From: Bacillota bacterium
GTDB lineage: Bacteria; Bacillota; Dethiobacteria; DTU022
DNA length: 64,000 nt
Direction: 5' to 3'
Assembly: GCA_051748565.1 (NCBI GenBank)
Contig: JBNJHN010000001.1
Coordinates: forward strand, 8,593 to 72,592
Below, one piece after another: positions 61,019-64,000 of the stretch (position 1 is the first letter of the stretch; each line of letters opens with the position of its first letter). The notes beneath the pieces are model-generated. The model made no database searches, had not been told where the DNA came from, and saw only the letters and a list, made by a program, of their open reading frames with translations. The position numbers and the translations under genes are program-made.

Positions 61019-62032
61019 ATGTCAGCGATGCTGTTGAATAAAGAAAAATGGCCTGATTTTGTCGGAAAGTTGGCCGGTAAAAAGCTCTTGGCCCCGCAAT
61101 CAGAAGGCGATGTGATAAGTTTTGATCCTGTAGCCGAAGGGGCAATACCTTCCTTCGACTTCAACAACACCAGGGTGCCGCCCAAAGAAATCTTGTTTCC
61201 CCAGACTGAAACGATGTATCGTTTTCATCTGGGCTCAGAAGAAGTGGATGAGCCTCAGCTTGATGAAGAGATTGTGCTCCTGGGCGTGCGGCCATGTGAT
61301 GCCAGGGCTATGACTATTGTAGAGAAGTTATTTAAGTGGGATATTGACGATCCATACTATGTCAGAAGACGGGAATTAGTGACCCTGGTAGGTTTAGCCT
61401 GTGGTGATCCCGGTTTAAATTGTTTTTGTACCTCGGTTGAAGGCGGTCCTGCGACTACCGAAGGGCTTGATATTTTGATGACCGATCTGGGGGATAACTA
61501 TCTGCTGGAAGCTGTAACTGAAAAAGGCGAAGCACTGCTGGCCGAAGCGAAAGATTTGCTTGATGAAGCAGGTGATGATGCAATTAAGGAAAAGGGAAAA
61601 CTTGTGGATGCAGCCGAGAAGAAAATCAAGCGAAAAGTAAAAACTGAAGGTATTCCTGAAGGGCTGCCGGGTTTATGGGAAAATCCGCTCTGGCAAAATG
61701 TTTCGGCTTCCTGTCTCGGTTGTGGAACCTGTACCTATCTGTGCCCCACCTGCCATTGCTTTGATATCCAGGATGAGACGGAAGGTTTTGAAAGCAGACG
61801 CTGTCGCATGTGGGATTCATGTATGTTTGAAGAATATACAATGCACACCTCGGGACATAACCCACGTCCCACCCGCCGGGAACGGACCCGGAATCGGATC
61901 AACCATAAATACAGTTACTATGTCGATAAATTTGATGTGATTGCCTGCGTCGGGTGTGGCAGATGTATCAATCTCTGTCCCGTTAATATAGACATTGTTG
62001 AAATCCTTAGGCAGGTGGAGGAGGCGCTATGA
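61019..62032 (+). CDS. 4Fe-4S dicluster protein, anaerobic sulfite reductase subunit A / sulfhydrogenase beta (FlxB)-like
   Basis: Two CxxCxxCxxxCP motifs (CLGCGTCTYLCPTC, CVGCGRCINLCP). ATG after GAGGTGGGTG. Confidence 0.6.
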   Translation: MSAMLLNKEKWPDFVGKLAGKKLLAPQSEGDVISFDPVAEGAIPSFDFNNTRVPPKEILFPQTETMYRFHLGSEEVDEPQLDEEIVLLGVRPCDARAMTIVEKLFKWDIDDPYYVRRRELVTLVGLACGDPGLNCFCTSVEGGPATTEGLDILMTDLGDNYLLEAVTEKGEALLAEAKDLLDEAGDDAIKEKGKLVDAAEKKIKRKVKTEGIPEGLPGLWENPLWQNVSASCLGCGTCTYLCPTCHCFDIQDETEGFESRRCRMWDSCMFEEYTMHTSGHNPRPTRRERTRNRINHKYSYYVDKFDVIACVGCGRCINLCPVNIDIVEILRQVEEAL

Positions 62033-62877
62033 AAACCAACAATAACCCCTATATACCTTATACAGCAACTGTAGAAGAAGCCTGGTTTGAAACCGGTGGA
62101 GAGCGCTGCATAAAAACTTTCAAAGTCGTTTTTGACGATGAAGAAGTTCGTGAAAACTGGAGCCATAGTCCTGGCCAGTGTGCCATGATCGGAATACTTG
62201 GTGTCGGCGAAAGTATGATTTCGATTTCATCCTCCCCCACCGAGGGCAAGTTCCTCCGTTTCTCGGTCATGCGCATGGGCAAGGTAACCCAGGCTTTACA
62301 CCAACTGGAACCTGGAGACAAGATGATGGTGCGAGGGCCATACGGGAACAGTTTTCCGATCGATGATTGGGAGGGGAAGAAGATCCTTACCATCGGTGGT
62401 GGTATTGGACAAGCCCCCCTGCGTCCGATTATCGAATATGTTAAGGCTAAACGTGATAAATTTGAGGAACTAACAATGATTTATGGCGCCCGTACTTCAG
62501 GTGATCTCTGTTTCAAAGTAGAATTCGAGGAGATGAGCAAATGTGACGACCTTTCCTGCCACCTTACTATAGATGTTGAAGAAGAGGATTGGAGTCATAA
62601 TGTGGGTTTTGTACCCCAGATGCTGCTGGATTTAAACCCCTCGCCTGAGAATACCATAGCGATCACCTGTGGCCCGCCGATTATGATTCGCTTTGTTTTG
62701 GAGAATCTGAAAAAGCTGGGCTTTGCCGACGAGCAAATTTACACCACTTTGGAAAACAGGATGAAATGCGGCATTGGCAAATGTGGTCGCTGTAATGCCG
62801 GTAGTATGTATGTCTGTAAAGACGGCCCTGTATTTAGTTACGACGTCCTTAAAGAGATACCGGAGGCTTTTGCTTAA
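62029..62877 (+). CDS. FAD/NAD(P)-binding oxidoreductase with C-terminal 2Fe-2S (AsrB/HydG/PyrK/FlxA-like)
   Basis: FNR-like fold (RFSVMR, GGGIGQAPL) and C-terminal CGIGKCGRC cluster. Overlaps the upstream gene stop. Confidence 0.7.
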   Translation: MKTNNNPYIPYTATVEEAWFETGGERCIKTFKVVFDDEEVRENWSHSPGQCAMIGILGVGESMISISSSPTEGKFLRFSVMRMGKVTQALHQLEPGDKMMVRGPYGNSFPIDDWEGKKILTIGGGIGQAPLRPIIEYVKAKRDKFEELTMIYGARTSGDLCFKVEFEEMSKCDDLSCHLTIDVEEEDWSHNVGFVPQMLLDLNPSPENTIAITCGPPIMIRFVLENLKKLGFADEQIYTTLENRMKCGIGKCGRCNAGSMYVCKDGPVFSYDVLKEIPEAFA

Positions 62878-63065
62878 TATTAATATTGGGTGAACCTGTT
62901 TAATTGCTTGTTAAATATCAAATGCTTTTTATATAATCCAGGAGGCACTGCCACCCCTTAAAGGGCAGTGTCTCTTAGTTATTCATCATAATCCTTCAGG
63001 TTTATCACTTGTTACAGTTGCCTTCTTATGCTAAGATTTACTTAACTTTTCTGAAGGAGTCCAGC

Positions 63066-63557
63066 ATGGAACAATACGGAGTGATCACCGAAACAAGAGG
63101 CGAAATCGCAGCAGTAAATATACAGCGCCATTTAATCTGCGGAGAATGTGGTAAATGCGGTATCCTAAGTGGTTCGGGCAAACGCAGTATAGTTATTGAA
63201 GCTCATAACCCTATTCAAGCCGAAAAGGGTCAAAGGGTAGTTTTAGAATCAGACGATCGCCAGGTTATATTTCTGGCTTTTATGCTCTACATTGTACCAC
63301 TAATTGGGCTTGTAGCCGGTATTATTGCCTGGCTGCAGCTGGCAGGCTTCATTGGTTTTGATGGAAACCAGGAATTGCAGGCCGTGGGAGCAGGATTTGT
63401 TTTGATGGTTTTAGTTTTCCTGGTTATCCGTCTTTGGGATCGCAGGGTTAAAGATGATCCTAAATATAAACCGGTTATTACCGGATTTCTATTGGATAAA
63501 TTCGGGTGTGATGATGATTTGCCTCAAGCAAAACTGGATAATCAGGAGGAGATTTAG
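63066..63557 (+). CDS. RseC/MucC-family (SoxR-reducing system) protein
   Basis: N-terminal soluble domain with CGECGKCG, two C-terminal TM helices. ATG after AAGGAG. Confidence 0.6.
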   Translation: MEQYGVITETRGEIAAVNIQRHLICGECGKCGILSGSGKRSIVIEAHNPIQAEKGQRVVLESDDRQVIFLAFMLYIVPLIGLVAGIIAWLQLAGFIGFDGNQELQAVGAGFVLMVLVFLVIRLWDRRVKDDPKYKPVITGFLLDKFGCDDDLPQAKLDNQEEI

Positions 63558-64000
63558 TGGCTAAAAATTATAATGTAGCTGTGGTTGGTGCAACCGGGAT
63601 GGTTGGGCAAATGATGATTGAAATTTTACTCGAACGCCAATTTCCATTTGCTGAAATTAAACTTTTAGCTTCGTCTCGCTCAGCTGATATGCAGGTAAAA
63701 GTTGGTTCAAAAGAGTATACGGTTGAAGAAGTTAAACCCGAATCTTTTGATGGAATCGACTTTGCCTTTTTCAGTGCAGGAGAAGAGATCAGTAAAATCT
63801 TTGGCCCTGAGGCTGCCAGGCGGGGAGCAGTGGTTATCGATAACAGCAATGCTTTTCGTATGGATGAAGGTGTGCCCCTGGTAGTCCCGGAAGTCAATCC
63901 CGATGATGTTTTCAGTCATAAAGGTATTATCGCCAACCCGAATTGCTCAACCATTCAGATGGTGGTGGTCTTAAAGCCGCTGCATGAAGCTGCATCCCTT
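63557..64000 (+). CDS. asd: Aspartate-semialdehyde dehydrogenase (5' part, continues past the window end)
   Basis: GTG 5 nt after AGGAGGAG. N-terminus VAVVGATGMVGQ (NAD(P)-binding) and the active-site Cys region NPNCSTI. Confidence 0.85.
   Translation, partial: MAKNYNVAVVGATGMVGQMMIEILLERQFPFAEIKLLASSRSADMQVKVGSKEYTVEEVKPESFDGIDFAFFSAGEEISKIFGPEAARRGAVVIDNSNAFRMDEGVPLVVPEVNPDDVFSHKGIIANPNCSTIQMVVVLKPLHEAASL

Noticed and set aside
1-64000. CRISPR arrays, IS elements, integrases, prophage genes, tandem repeats
   Set aside because: No direct-repeat/spacer periodicity, no transposase- or integrase-like ORFs and no long repeats seen anywhere in the window.

Overview
This window looks like a core chromosomal region of a Firmicutes/Clostridia-type anaerobe, with moderate GC and dense forward-strand operons. 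I found no tRNA or rRNA genes, CRISPR arrays, transposases, integrases or phage genes. The recognisable content, in order, is as follows. (1) Asp23/Gls24 stress protein, ComEA, and S-adenosylhomocysteine hydrolase on the minus strand. (2) A nucleoside salvage operon: BMP-family lipoprotein, an ABC ATPase with duplicated ATP-binding domains, two permeases, pyrimidine-nucleoside phosphorylase and deoxyribose-phosphate aldolase. (3) A large UPF0182 membrane protein. (4) An apparently in-frame fusion of RNase HI with an ATP-dependent 6-phosphofructokinase. (5) An ECF transporter on the minus strand (S component, EcfA1, EcfA2, EcfT). (6) A small membrane protein, a sodium:solute symporter and ComEC. 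(7) An ECF sigma factor with a putative anti-sigma factor, then IlvC, rubrerythrin, a fumarylacetoacetate-hydrolase-family protein and TrkA/TrkH. (8) HolA, a C_GCAxxG_C_C family protein and rpsT. (9) Nnr, an acyl-CoA dehydrogenase, Hom and Alr, with a geranylgeranyl-reductase-family gene on the minus strand. (10) GatCAB translationally coupled to PurA. (11) A YhaO/YhaN-like (SbcD/SbcC-like) pair whose ATPase carries a membrane hairpin, followed by an MBL-fold hydrolase and a flavin reductase. (12) The selenocysteine machinery SelA, SelB and a SelD that is itself a selenoprotein: it has an in-frame TGA followed by a SECIS-like hairpin, and ORF callers truncate it. (13) An eight-gene redox cluster in the order HdrD-like CCG protein, EtfB, EtfA, HdrA, MvhD/FlxD, two AsrA/HydB-like Fe-S proteins and an AsrB/HydG/FlxA-like FAD/NAD(P) oxidoreductase. 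(14) An RseC-like protein and the 5' end of asd. The findings I rate highest are the Etf-HdrA-MvhD-Flx cluster, which I read as a candidate soluble electron-bifurcating or confurcating module, and the RNaseH-PFK fusion. All calls come from reading the translations and local sequence signals. No database searches were run.
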